64,000 nt of DNA from Heterodontus francisci (GCF_036365525.1 NW_027140807.1:1922001-1986000); one strand, 5' to 3'. Positions 1 through 12,899 are shown, numbered from the stretch's first letter. Translations and numbers: made by a program. Notes: generated by a model from the sequence alone, not told the origin.

Positions 1-2410
1 GAGGAGTGGGATGAGGTGACTGAGGGGAGTGGGATACAGCGTCTGAGGGTAGTATGATACAGTGACTGAGGGGTGTGATACAGTCACTCAGGGAGTGTGA
101 TACAGTGACTGAGGGGAGTGTGATACACTGACTGAGGTGAGTGGGACACAGTGACGGAGGGGAGTGTGATACACTGACTGAGGTGAGTGGGACACAGTGA
201 CTGAGGGGAGTGTGATACAGTGTCTGAGGTGAGTGGGACACAGTGACTGAGGGGAGTGTGATACAGTGTCTGAGGGTAGTATGATGCAGTCACTGAGGGG
301 AGTGTGATACAGTGACAGAGGGTAGTGTGATACAGTGTCTGAGGGGGATGTGATACAGTGACTGAGGGGAGTGTGATACAGTGACTGAGGGGGATGTGAT
401 ACAGTGACTGAGGGGAGTGTGATACAGTGACTGAGGGGAGTGTGATACAGTGACTGAGGGAGTGTGATACAGTGACTGAGGGGAGTGTGATACAGTGACT
501 GAGGGAGTGTGATACAGTGACTGAGGGGAGTGTGATACAGCGACTGAGGGGAGTGTGATACAGCGACTGAGGGGAGTGTGATACAGTGACTGAGGGGAGT
601 GTGATACAGTCACTGAGGGGAGTGTGATACAGCGACTGAGGGGAGTGTGATACAGTGACTGAGGGAAGTGTGATACAGCGACTGAGGGGAGTGTGATACA
701 GTGACTGAGGGGAGTGTGATGCAGAGACTGAGGGGAGTGTGATACAGTGACTGAGGGGAGTGTGATACAGTGACTGAGGGGGATGTGATACAGTGACTGA
801 GGGGAGTGTGATGCAGAGACTGAGGGGAGTGTGATACAGTGACTGAGGGGAGTGTGATACAGTGACTGAGGGGAGTGTGATGCAGAGACTGAGGGGAGTG
901 TGATACAGTGACTGAGGGGAGTGTGATACAGTGACTGAGGGGAGTGTGATACAGCGACTGAGGGGAGTGTGATACAGTGACTGAGGGGAGTGTGATGCAG
1001 AGACTGAGGGGAGTGTGATACTGTGACTGAGGGGAGTGTGATACAGTGACTGAGGGGGATGTGATACAGTGACAGAGGGTAGTGTGATACAGTCACTGAG
1101 GGGAGTGTGATACAGTGACTGAGGGGAGTGTGATACAGTGACAGAGGGTAGTGTGATACAGTCACTGAGGGGAGTGTGATACAGTGACTGAGGGGAGTGT
1201 GATACAGAGACTGAGGGGAGTGTGATACAGTGACTGAGGGGAGTGTGATACAGAGACTGAGGGGAGTGTGATACAGAGACTGAGGGGAGTGTGATACAGT
1301 GACTGAGGGCAGTGTGATACAGTTACGGAGGGGAGTGTGATACACTGACTGAGGTGAGTGGGACACAGTGTCTGAGGGGGATGCGATACAGTGACAGAGG
1401 GTAGTGTGATACAGTGACTGAGGGGAATGTGATACAGCGACTGAGGGGAGTGTGATACAGCGACTGAGGGGAGTGTGATACAGTGACTGAGGGGAGTGTG
1501 ATACAGTGACAGAGGGTAGTGTGATACAGTGACTCAGGGAGTGTGATACAGTGACTGAGGGGAGTGTGATACAGTGTCTGAGGTTAGTATGATACAATGA
1601 CAGAGGAAGTGTGATACAGTGACAGAGGGGAGTGTGATGCAATGACTGAGGGGTGTGTGATACAGTCACTCAGGGAGTGTGATGCAGTGACTGAGGGGAG
1701 TGTGATACAGTTACGGAGGGGAGAGTGATACACTGACTGAGGGGAGTGGGATACAGTGACTGAAGGGAGTGTGGTACAGTGACTGAGGGGTGTGGGATGC
1801 AGTGACTGAGGGGAGTGTGATACACTGACTGAGGGGAGTGGGATACAGTGACTGAAGGGAGTGTGATATAGTGACTGAGGGGAGTGCGATACAGTGTCTG
1901 AGGGGAGTGTGATACACTGACTGAGGGGAGTGGGATACAGTGACTGAAGGGAGTGTGATACAGTGACTGAGGGGGACTGCGCTACAGTGTCTGAGGGGAG
2001 TGTGAGACACTGTCTGAGGGGAGTGGGATACAGTGACTGAGGGGAGTGTGATACACTGCCTGAGGGGAGTGTGAGACACTGTCTGAGGGGAGTGGGATAC
2101 GGTGAACTGAAGGGTGTGTGATACAGTGACTGGGGGAGTGTGATACAGTGACTGAGTCGAGTGTGATACACTGTCTGAGGAGAGTGGAATGCAGTGACTG
2201 AAGGGAATATAATGCAGTGACTGAGGGGATTGTGATACAGTGAGCTGAAGGGAGTGCGAGACAGCGACTGAGGAGAGTGTGATACAGCGACTGACGGGAG
2301 AGGGATACAGCGACTGAGGAGAGTGTGATACAGTGACTGAGGGGAATGTGATGAAGTGACTGAGGTGAGTGTAATGCAGTGACTGAGGGGTGTGTGATAG
2401 AGACTGAGGG
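1..2410. repeat. 23-bp tandem minisatellite (unit ~GTGTGATACAGTGACTGAGGGGA)
   Basis: About 100 degenerate copies. The long minus-strand ORFs here have a 23-aa (3 x 23 nt) periodicity and are repeat artefacts. Confidence 0.97.
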
Positions 2411-2559
2411 CAGCATGATGCTCAAACTCAGGAATCCGAGGAACAATCGACTAGAGAATCTACTGAGGTTTCATCCACTACCCCAGCGGGCTCTAGAAGC
2501 TAAGGTATCTGCTTTGTGGGGTTATCATCGCAGAATCATGGAATCAAAGACTGGTTACG

Positions 2560-3400
2560 GCACAGAAAGTTTCTGTTCAGCCCATCTTCACTGAGCCAGC
2601 TCTCTGGCAGTGCAACTCACCTACTCCCACTCCTGCCATTTTCCTGTCGCCCTGCAGATTATATCTCCAATGACAATTATCCAATTCCCTTTTGAAAGCC
2701 TCAATTAAACCTGCCTCCAGCACACTCTCATGCAGTGCATTTCAGAACTTAACCACTCACTGTGTGAAAAGGTTTCCCTGTCTCTGTTGTGACTTTTACC
2801 ACTCACCTAAAACCGTTGCTCTCTAGTTCTGGATCCTCCCACCAAGAGGAACAGTTTTTCCCTGACTACTCTGTCCAGTTCCCTCTTGATTATGAACATC
2901 TTGCTCAAATCTCGTCTTAATCGTCTCTTCTCCAGGGAGAACAGCCCCAGCTTCTCCGATCTATTCATGTCACTGACGTCCCTCATCCCGGGAGCCATTC
3001 TGGTAAATCTTCTCTGCACCCTCTCGAATACCTTAACATCCTTCCTAAGTATTGACAGCTCTCTCGACCTGTCTTGCCACCTTCAATGATTTGTGCACAT
3101 GTCCCCCCAGGTCCCACTGCCCCTGCATCTCCTTTAGAATTGTATCCTTTATTTTATATTGCCTCTCGTTCGTCTGACCAAAAATGAATCACTTCACAAT
3201 TCTCTGTGATAAATTTCATTTGCCAGTGTCTGCCCATCCCACCAGCCTGTCTATAATCTCCTGACGTCTATTGCTATCCTCCTCACAGTTCACAATACTT
3301 CCACATTTTGTGTCATCTGCAGATTTTGAAAGTGTGCCCTGTCCGCCCCAGTCGATGTCATTAATATACATCAGGAACAACAGTGGTCTGAGCATTATTA
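2560..3400 (-). mobile_element. CR1-clade LINE 3' fragment (RT C-terminus)
   Basis: Minus ORFs QRRFTRMAPG...KLGLFSLEKRRLR and LLFLMYINDID...SKSADDTK. Confidence 0.9.
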
Positions 3401-3489
3401 GAGAGCAAAACATAGATGCACAGAGAATTAGGAGGGACAGATAACAAAGGAGTCGATAAGAGTATCGTATGAGACGGGGACAGTGTAAG

Positions 3490-3745
3490 AGGAAAGGTGA
3501 TGAGCTGTAAATTCAGTTTAATGTGTGTGTATGTGAATGCAATGAGAGTGGTAAATAAGGTTGTTGAGCTTCAGGCACAGATAGCCACGTGGAAATATGA
3601 TGTTGTGGCAATTACAGGGTCCTGGCTCGAAGAGGGGCAGGACTGGGTAGTGAATATTCCTGACTACAAGGTGTTCAGGAAAGAGAGGGGAGGAAGGAAA
3701 GGAGGAGGGGTATCAGTATTGATTAAGGGGAACATTACAGTGCTG
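3490..3745 (+). mobile_element. CR1 LINE ORF2 endonuclease N-terminal fragment
   Basis: CVYVNA..VVNKVVELQAQIATWKYDVVAIT..W...YKVFRKER...KGGGV matches the start of the intact CR1 ORF2 at 27725. Confidence 0.85.
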
Positions 3746-5082
3746 TTTTCTTTTCTCACTCTTGTTCACACTCATTCCAGATCTCCCTTACTCTTTTCTG
3801 TCTCACACCTGTCGCCTTCCCTCCTTTTCTCTCACTCCTGCTCTCTGTTGTTCTCTGACTCCACTTTCCCCCTGTCGTTTCGCTGATCATTTTGATAATC
3901 TCCTGAGTTTTCTCTGTTAGTTTTTGTTTCTTGTTGGAGTAGTAACTGATTCTGCAGCCGATGATATCTTGTGTCCCCCCTCAGTAAAGGCTGGTATACA
4001 TTGATTCAGTGTGTCGAGGGAGTTAGATTACATACGAGAGGAGGTTCTGTGTTGAAACACTTCTGTCCACTCATCCAGCGTTCTGAATCCCAGTGAAATT
4101 CCTCTTGTCTTTATTTGACCCTCACAGACTCGGGGATTCCGTCTACTCCCGAGGAACCTCCCGACTCCCAGCCTGTTTCTGATGATGGTGGGAAGATTTC
4201 AGATTCTCCACATTTCAGGAATATTAAATCCCTCCTCCTGTCTCAGTCTGGCACAAATATATCAGGACCGAGGGCCTCCAAACAGCTGTGTGATCGTTCT
4301 GTGTAGGGAAACCCATCGTTCTCACTCTCTCTCTCTCTGCCTAGTCTGTGCTGTCAGACAAGAGTTGCAGTCGCTTGTGTTCAGTATGACTGGATACATT
4401 GGGAAACACAGAAACGTAAACGTCCAGAAATTCCTTCAGAAATATCTTTGAGCTTCTATCTCACATCCCTCTCTCTGTAACTCTCAGTTTTATCTCTGTC
4501 TCTCTGTTTCTCCTTTATCTGCCTTTCACACGCATATATAAATATATTTCATTTCTGTACCCGCCTCTCTCCTATGTGGTTCTCAGTTTCTCCAGCTCCC
4601 TCTTTCACCTCACTCTGTCTCCCACTCTCTCTGATGTTCTGTCTCCCTGTCTGTCTCTCTGACTCTCACTTTCTCTCTCTCTGTCTCTCTCACAGATGCT
4701 CTTTGTCTGTCTCTCTGTCTTTGTCTTTGTCAGAGGGACAGAGAGCATCAGAGAGAGAGAGAGAGTGAGAGTGATAGACAGAGACAGAGAAAAGGGCAGT
4801 GAGACCGGAGTAAACACGGAATGCAAATGATCTTGGGAGATGGAACAAGAGGCAACAGAGAAGAGAGTGCAGGATAGAGGATGATAACACAGGGAGGGCA
4901 GATTAGAGACAAGACGAGTTGAGATAGAGAGAATAACAGAGACAGATGAACAAACGAGTGGTTGACAAACTGGAGGAAAGAGAGTTTAAATTAGAGAGGA
5001 GAGATCATTCGAAATACGTCCCGTGCCCTGTGCTAAACTCTGGGTGTGTTCAACCTGTTGATGTTGTGACTGTTGTGTTTAG

Positions 5083-5168
5083 ATACCAAATACAAGAGGA
5101 TTAATGTGAAGATCACTTCAATGACTGATCTGGATGATGAAACTGCAAAGAGAATCGTTGTGGAGAGG
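5083..5168 (+). CDS. Putative penultimate exon of an unidentified gene (DTKYKRINVKITSMTDLDDETAKRIVVER)
   Basis: ttgtgtttag acceptor, GTGAGA donor, open frame. Its phase 0 end joins in frame to the exon at 5873. Confidence 0.55.
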
Positions 5169-5872
5169 GTGAGAGACTGCACTGTATAGAGGAGAAACAC
5201 GGGCGGCAACAGATCCTCCCTCTCACTGTCTGTATTCACTGAATGGGAACTCCAGGTCATTATTTAAACAGCTCTAATTCCCCCTCTGCTTATCTTCTGG
5301 TCCCCCAGATCAGGCTTGTGAGGGGTTGAATGGGCTTCCTCCTGAGCCTGTGTGAAAGGCTGGAGAGGGGGTGAGGGGGCTGAATGGCCTTCTCCTGTTC
5401 CTGTGTAATAACTCGAATGAGGGGCTGAATGGCCTCCTCCTGTTCCTGTGTAACAGACTAGAGGGGATGAATGGCCTCCTCGTTGTACGGTAACCTCTCT
5501 CTGATCTTCCCTCTCACTCTCCCCATTCTCTCTTTATGTCCTTTCTATCTCTGTCTCTTTCTCTGCCTCGCTCACCCACTCTGTATTTCTCTTTCTTTGT
5601 CTTTCTTTCTGTCTGTGTCTGTCTCTCCCTCACTGCATCTCTGACGACCTCTCGCTCTCACGCCCTCTGTTTCTCTACCTCTGTCACAATCCCTGTAGCT
5701 CTCCCACCCTCCCTCTGCATCTCTCCCTCTATCTGAGTATCTTTGCCTCACCCTGTCTCTCACTGTCTTGTCCCCACCCTCTCTCCCGATCTCTGTCTGT
5801 ATGCTCTCTGTCTATTTCTATTCACTCCTCCCCTTGCAGTAATACTCATCGTTTCTCCTCTCTGCGATGCAG

Positions 5873-5968
5873 ATGAAGCACATGTTCCAGGATCAGTGTC
5901 CACACACGAAGCTCGAATTGGATCCAGAAGACGTTCAGTGCTCGGCTAGTGAGCCTGTGGAAGTGTGA
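5873..5968 (+). CDS. Putative terminal exon of the same gene (MKHMFQDQCPHTKLELDPEDVQCSASEPVEV*)
   Basis: Pyrimidine tract plus gcag acceptor; in frame with 5083-5168; TGA at 5966-5968. Confidence 0.5.
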   Translation: MKHMFQDQCPHTKLELDPEDVQCSASEPVEV

Positions 5969-6589
5969 AGGTGTTTGGACATGTCAACAAGCACCCGACA
6001 CGTGTGATCCAGTCTCTGTGTGTTTTACATCCTCACTCAATCACTGTACCATCTTATCTTCACCTTGTTTAACTCAAGGAAATTGTCAGCAAAGGGTTAA
6101 TCTCCGACTAGAAGTATGCTAATGTTATACTGTAATTGGTGTGTCTTTATACCGCAGGGGTGTGGGAGCTTTAAGCTATTGCTTTGTTAAATAGAGAAGT
6201 ACGATCCCATTTGTATACAGTGACCACTGGTCAGCTGAACCCAGACTAACCTGACAGCTCTGGCCACTTTCAGGATGAAGTGATCTCAGGTTTAATGAGG
6301 GAGTTTCTTTAAAGATCTACCATTGAGTAGAGGTCCCTAAGCTTCATGGAGCTGTCAGCACTGAGAACAGAGGCAAGGAAAACAGTTCGTCCTTGTCCAT
6401 GGAGAACCTCAGGGTAGATAACATCTTTTAAATTGAGGGTTCATGCAGAATGGGGGATTGGTTGATGCTGAACTTTGCAGATTCAAAATATATTGAAAAG
6501 GAAAGCTTTCATTGAGTACAAAGCATTTATGTGTGGCATATGTCAAATGTTTAATAACAAAGGAAGGGAGTTATACTGAGCTCAGGAAC

Positions 6590-7160
6590 CTAATGCTGAC
6601 AACACTCCATCTCAATAACACCTCTGTGAATGCTTCCATTGTCTCTGCTCTGCCACACTGCTTGTCTAACATCCAATACTGGATGAGCAGTTATTTTCTC
6701 CTACTAAATATTGGGAAGACTGAAGCCATTGTCTGTGGTCCCCGACACAAATGTCATTCTTGGACCACCGACACCATCTCTGGTACCTGTCTGAAACTGA
6801 TCAAGACAGTTTTCAGCCTTTGTTGTTGTGTTTGACCCCGAGATGAGTTTTCGACCACATATCCACACCATCACCAAGACTGTCCATTTCCACCTCCACA
6901 CCATCTCTCGACACCGCCCCTGCTTCAGCTCATCTGCTGCTGGAACCCTCATCAGTGCCTCTGTTACCTCCAGACTGGACGATACCAATACTCTCCTGGC
7001 CAACCGCACATCCTTCACACTTCCTGATCTTTTACTCATACAAACATTTGCTGCCTGTGTCTTCACTCACTCCGAACCCTGTTCACCCATAACCCCTGGA
7101 ACTATTGCCATTCACTGACTCCCTGCTCCTCTCCAATTTCCCAATATTAACATCCTGATC
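6590..7160 (+). mobile_element. L2-clade LINE RT 3' fragment
   Basis: CLSNIQYWMSSYFLLLNIGKTEAI / FDPEMSFRPHI...LISASVTSRLD motifs. Confidence 0.85.
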
Positions 7161-7680
7161 AGTCTGTTGAACTGTTGTGAAATGACTCATTGGTCACAAC
7201 TCTCTAGTGCAACAATGTAAAACGTCTGCAATAAGTGAACATGGCTGTGTATCTTCCATTGATGGACATTCAAACAAGGAGAGCTGCAGCATGGAAAGGC
7301 CTTTTAACGTGTTTGACTCCCTGACCACCCAGTGTGATTGCAAATCTGATTGTAAACTGTGTGTTTAAAGTTTTATTGCATTCTCTGTCTGCTCAATATA
7401 TCTATGAATATTGAACCTGACCGTCTCAAGAAGCTGATTGATTTTGCTGGAATGGCTTTCCCATCTGATCATGGAAATCCAGTGTTTTTTTGTTCAGGGA
7501 GGGAACACTCACTGTTAAATGATTGCTGAGGGCTGAGATCATAAGGGATGTGACTGTACGTAGTGGGACTGCCCAGCATTCCCCAAACCTTGTGCTACTC
7601 CATTCTATTCTGGTCTGTGCTTCCACCCTGGATAATCCAGCTCATTCAAGGCCTGACAGAGGAAAATGAGAAATCCTGGC

Positions 7681-9285
7681 CTTTCAAAAGGCATTTGATA
7701 CAACTCCACGCATCAGACTTGTGAGCAAACATGTAGCTCTTGGAATACAGAGGACGGTAGCAACATGGATTACGAAATTGGCTGAGTGACAGGAAACAGA
7801 GAATAGTGGTTAATGGATGTTTTTCGGGCTGGAGAAAGGTTTGTAGTGGAGTTCCCCAGGATCAGTGTTGGGACCCTTGCTTTTCCTGATATATATTAAT
7901 GTCAAAGACCTCGGTGTACAGGGCACAATTTCAAAATTTGCAGATGATACGAAACTTGGAAGCATTGTGAACTGTGAGGAGGATAGTGTAGAACTTCACA
8001 AGGACAGAGACAAGTTGGTGGAATGGGCGGACAAGTGACAGATGAGGTTCAATGTGGAGAAATTTGAAGTGATTAATTTTGGTCGCAAGAACATGGAGAG
8101 ACAATATCGAATCGAGGTTACAATTCTAAAGGGGGTGAAGGAGCAGAGAGACCTGTGTGTATCTGTGCATCAGTCATTGAAGATGGCAGGACTGGTTGAG
8201 AGAGTGGTTGATAAAGCATACAGTATCCTGGGCTATATTAATAGGGGCATAGATTACAAGAGCAAGGAAGTTATGTTGAACCCGTATAAGACACTAGTTT
8301 GTCCTCAGCTGGAGTATTGACTCCAATTCTAGGTGTTGCACTTGAGAAAAGATGTGAGGGCATTTGAGAGAGTACAGACGAGATGCACAAGAATGGTTCC
8401 AGGGTTGAGGAATTTCAGTTATGAAGATAGATTGGAGAAGTTAGGACAGTTTTCCTTGGAGACGAGAAGGCTGGGAGGTGATTTGAGAGAGATATTCAAA
8501 ATCATGAGGGGCCTGGACAGAGTAGACACTGTTTCCACTCGTGAAAGGATCGAGAACGAGAGGGCACAGATTTAAAGTATTTGGTAAGAGAAGCAAAAGT
8601 GACATGAGGAAACAAGTTTTCATGCAGCGAGTGGTTAAGCTCTGGAATGCGCTGCTTGAGAACATGGTGGAGGCAGATTCATCTGAAACATTTAAAATAA
8701 AATTAGACAGTTACATAAAATGGAAGAATTTGCAGGGTTCCAGGAAGAGGCCGGGGGAGTGGAACTGAGGGAGTTGCACTTTCAGAGAGCCGGTGCAGAC
8801 ACGATGGGCCGAATGGCCTCCTTCTGCGTGGTCACAGTTCTGTGATTCTACGATTATTAAGAGGAACGTTTGAAGAGGTTGGGCAGATACTCATTGCAGT
8901 TTAGAAAAATGAACCATGTAAGATTCTGACAGGGCTTGACTGGGTAGATGCTGAGTGGATGTTCCTCCTCGTGGGGGAATCTAGAACTTGGGGGCACAAT
9001 TTCAGAATAAGGGGGTCTCCCATTTAAGACGGAGATGCGGAGGATATTTTTCTCTCAGAGAATTGTGAGTCTGTGGAACTCCGTTCCCTGGAGAGCAACG
9101 GAGGCTGGGTCATTGAATATATTCAAGCCTGAGTTTGACAGATTTTGATTCTACAAGGGTGTCATGGTTATAGAGGGCAGAAAGGAAAGTGGAGTTAAAG
9201 CGACAATCAGATCAGCCATGATCTTATAGAATGGCTGAGCAGGTTCGAGGGGCCGAATGGCCTACTCCTTGCTCCCATTTCGTAT
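7681..9285 (+). mobile_element. CR1 LINE 3' fragments (two adjacent copies)
   Basis: MRFNVEKFEVINFGRKN..., RTRGHRFKV..., and 3' tails gggccgaatggcct. Confidence 0.9.
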
Positions 9286-9441
9286 AATCTTACTGACTGC
9301 CCAATTCAATATCGGGGTAGTTAAAGTCTCAAATCATCACATAATTTTTTTCACCCTCAGTTATTTCTTTTCAGCTCTGCTCCTCTGTGTCCTTCCTGCT
9401 CTATGGCAGCTGATAAAATACCTGCAAAGTAAAAATGTTTG

Positions 9442-9633
9442 TCAGAAGATGCTCACAGTCGTAGAACAGTGGACTGTTCATATCAGAGGCACAGATAAGA
9501 TCTCCCACAGGCCACAGGTACACATTCAGCAACATATGCAAACAACAATGAGCAAAGCCAGAGAGCTGGGAGAAGGCTTGTGTAGGCAGTACACACGACA
9601 CTGTGAGGCCCCTGAGCAGATATCAATGTCCCT
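9442..9633 (-). pseudogene. Decayed coding-like exon, copy A, unknown family
   Basis: Paralogous to 12030-12243 with an excess of synonymous differences in the frame LWLxSLLFAYVxExVPV...EILSVPLIxTVHC. Carries a frameshift and an internal TGA. Confidence 0.5.
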
Positions 9634-9699
9634 GCTGCGGCCACCAGTGGTTGAACGATTAAGGTCGGGGTTGCTCAAAAGCCCAGTATTAGAGGAGTG

Positions 9700-10670
9700 C
9701 AGAGATTGCGGGAGGTTGTCGGGGCTGGAGGACGTTACAGAGGGAGGGAGGGATTTAGGTGCAGGTGGAGGTTACAGAAATAGGGAGGGCTCGAGGTGCT
9801 GGAGGTGGTAAAAGATATGGAGGGCTCTAGGGACTGGAGGAGGTTTCAGAGATAGGGGGGCTGTTGGGGCTGGAGGCAGATACAGAGATAGGGAGGGTTT
9901 TCGGGCTGGAGGCTGTTACAGAGTTAGGGAGGGTTACAATGGGTGGAGGAGGTTACAGAGATAGGGACGGTTGTTGAGACTGCAGGAAGTTTCAGATATA
10001 AGGAGGGCTGTCAGGGCTGGAGGAAGTTAAAGAGATATCGAGAGTTGGAGGGACTGAAGGGGGTTACATCGATAGGGAGTGTTGTCGGGCTGGAGGCAGT
10101 TACAGAGATAGGGAGGGTTGCAATAGCTGGAGTAGGTTATTGAGACAAGGGAGGGTTGTAGGTGCTGGAGGACGTTACAGAGGAAGCGAGGGCATTAGGG
10201 GATGGAGGCAGTTACAGAGATAGGGAGGGTTGTAGGAACTGGAGGTGGTTACAGCGATAGAGAATTTGCAGAGACTGGTGGAGGTTACAGAGATAGGGAG
10301 GTTTGCAGAGACTGGTGGAGGTTACAGAGATAGGGAGGGTTGTAGAGACTGGAGGAGGTTACAGAGATAGGGAGGGTTGTAGAGACTGGAGGAGGTTACA
10401 GAGATAGGGAGGGTTGTAGAGACTGGTGGAGGTTACAGAGATAGGGAGGGTTGTAGAGACTGGAGGAGGTTACAGAGATAGGGAGGGTTGTAGAGACTGG
10501 TGGAGGTTACAGAGATAGGGAGGGTTGTAGAGACTGGTGGAGGTTACAGAGATAGGGAGGGTTGCAGAGACTGGTGGAGGTTACAGAGATAGGGAGGGTT
10601 GGAGAGACTGGTGGAGGTTACAGAGATAGGGAGGGTTGTAGAGACTGGTGGAGATTACAGAGATAGGAAG
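9700..10670. repeat. 37-bp tandem repeat (GTTACAGAGATAGGGAGGGTTGTAGAGACTGGAGGAG) expanded within an L2 remnant
   Basis: Clear period of 37 at 10270-10670, degenerate upstream. Reverse-complement copies occur at about 54210-54430. Confidence 0.92.
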
Positions 10671-11140
10671 GGGAAAGGCCATGGGGGGATTTGAGGACAA
10701 GGACGAGAATTTTAAAATGTGGATGTTGCTTGACCGGGAGCCAATGTCGGGCAGCGAGCACAGGAGTGACAGGGGAACGGGACTTGGAGTAGCTGAAGAC
10801 ACAGGCAGAAGAGTTTTAGATTACCTCAGGTTTACAGAAAGTGGGAGAGCATCAGGAGTGTCTTGACATTGTCAAGTCTAGAGCTGACAGAGGCGTGAAT
10901 GAAGGTTTCAGCCGCAGATCAGCTGAAACAGGGGCGAGTTTGGGTGATGTTACAGAGGTGGAAATGGGCAGCGTTAGTGATGGTGCCTACATGAGGTCAG
11001 AAGCCCATTTCGGCATCAAATGTGACACCAGGCTTTCGAACAGACTGGCTTAAACTCAGACTGCTGCCAGGGAGAGGGATAGAGTCAGTAGTTAAAGAGT
11101 GGAGTTTGGAGCAGAAACTGGAAACAATAGCTTCAGTCAT
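10671..11140 (-). mobile_element. L2-clade LINE fragment
   Basis: Reverse-complement similarity to 6590-7160 (TEAIV...VRKPGVTFDAEM). Confidence 0.8.
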
Positions 11141-11715
11141 GAGGGCAGTACTGAGGGAGTGCTGCACTGTCAGAGGGTCTGTACTGAGTGAGTGCTGCAC
11201 TGTCAGAGGGTCTGTACTGAGTGAGTGCTGCACTGTCAGAGGGTCAGTACTGAGGGAGTGCTGCACTGTCAGAGGGTCTGTACTGAGTGAGTGCTGCACT
11301 GTCAGAGGGTCTGTACTGAGTGAGTGCTGCACTGTCAGAGCGGCAGTACTGAGAGAGTGCTGCACTGTCAGAGCGGCAGTACTGAGTGAGTGCTGCACTG
11401 TCAGGATGCCCTCTTTGAGATGTCACATTAAACAGAGACTCCATCCTCTTACTCCCGTGGATATAAACAGTCCCATTGGACTATTTTGAAGAAACACAGG
11501 GGAGTTCTCCCTGGTGTCCTGGCCAATAATTATCCCTCCATCAACGTCATTAAAACAGATTACCTGGTCATTCTCACATTGCTCTTTGTGGGAGCTTGCT
11601 GTGCACAAATCAGCTGCCATGTTTCTGACATTACAACAGTGACGATACTGCAGCAAAACAAGCATTTCATTGGCTGTAAAGCACTTTGGCGGGTCGTCAT
11701 GAGGGTGTTATAAAA
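11141..11715 (+). mobile_element. Deu-domain-type SINE with an internal 33-bp tandem expansion (GTACTGAGGGAGTGCTGCACTGTCAGAGGGTCA)
   Basis: 33-bp repeat at 11141-11405, followed by gagttctccctggtgtcctggccaat...ctggtcatt...gggagcttgctgtgcacaaat, typical of shark DeuSINEs (family recognised from recall). Confidence 0.8.
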
Positions 11716-12029
11716 TATTCCGTCAATAATTCCCTCTTTCTATTTGAAATTGAAATTCCAAGTGAATCGCTGTTTCACCTGGAAGGAGAGTTTGGGGTCC
11801 TGGACGGTTGCTGACATATTGAAGCAATTTATCGTGAGAATGATCTGTCTGGGACAATCAGTGTCCATTTATGATCTAATATACACAGCCTATTGCTCAA
11901 TACTGACACATTACTGATATGGGAGGTATTTATCCTGTGAATATTTTATGTCAGATACTCAGTGTCCATTAATCTGAGAGGATACAGAGCACATTGCCCC
12001 AATATGACCCAGTACTGATGTCGTGCTTG

Positions 12030-12243
12030 TCAGATGAGTCTCACAGACTGAGGACAATGGACTGTTTCGATCAGAGGCACAGAGAGGATCTCCCGAAAAG
12101 GCACCGGTACATATTCAGGGACATAGGCAAACAAGAGTGAAGACAGCCAGAGAGAGAGAGAGAGAGGGAGAGAGCTGTGAGAGTCTCTGTGTAACCAGGA
12201 AACGTGACATTGTGAAGCCTCTGCCCAGCTATCAATGGACCAG
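12030..12243 (-). pseudogene. Decayed coding-like exon, copy B, unknown family
   Basis: GPLIAGQRLHNVTFPGYTETLTAL-(CT microsatellite frameshift)-WLSSLLFAYVPEYVPVPFREILSVPLIETVHCPQSVRLI*; paralog of 9442-9633. Confidence 0.5.
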
Positions 12244-12899
12244 AGACTGACTGCTGGTCACACCCTAACATTGGGACAGTGATGGGACTGCGATGGGCTC
12301 TGTATTTAAATGTCAAGTCAAACATTGCCAAGGGTGTATTTCTCGAAGCATTATTCTGTATATCTGAGGGAGTTATTGACAGGCTATTGTCAAATACTGA
12401 CCCATTACTGATATGGCTGGGATTAATATCAGAACCATAGCAAGGGGCTGATGGATTCAAACATGGAATTCCGGGAAAGATGGGCACAGCTTGTTCCAGG
12501 ATTTCGGAGAGGAAAGGGAGGTTGGAGATGGGACAGTATTTTGTAAGGACAGAAGAGTCAAGGGTTGCTTCTTTTGAAGGAGTCATCGAGTCATTTACGG
12601 CACTGAAGAAGGCCATTCGGAACATCGGGTCCATGCTGGCTCTCCACGGTGCTGTGCAATCAGTGCACTCCCCTGGCTCGATCCCTGTAGCCCTGCAAGT
12701 CTATTTCTCTCAGGTGGCTATCCGACTATATCTTGAAGTCATTGATCATCTCCGCTTCCACCATCCTGTGGGCAGTGAGTTCCAGGTCATTAACACCCTC
12801 AGTGCAAATAAAGTTCTTCCTCATATTTCCCTGCATCTCTTACCCAAACCTTCAACCTCCTGATTGTACCATTAGTTAATGGGAACCGTTTTTCCTTGT

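Noticed and set aside
84-2446. Long minus-strand ORFs (up to 459 aa)
   Set aside because: Translations of the 23-bp minisatellite with exact periodicity; no gene structure.
3919-3957. Nonamer-like AGTTTTTGT
   Set aside because: No heptamer at 12 or 23 bp and no V or J coding sequence.
4128-4320. Possible exon after the cacag acceptor at 4127 belonging to the upstream gene
   Set aside because: No convincing donor or recognisable peptide; frame ambiguous, so not called.
9401-9601. GFAHCCL / GCLHSCL resembling chemokine-receptor TM7
   Set aside because: No NPxxY, and the synonymous-change pattern between the two paralogs supports a different reading frame.
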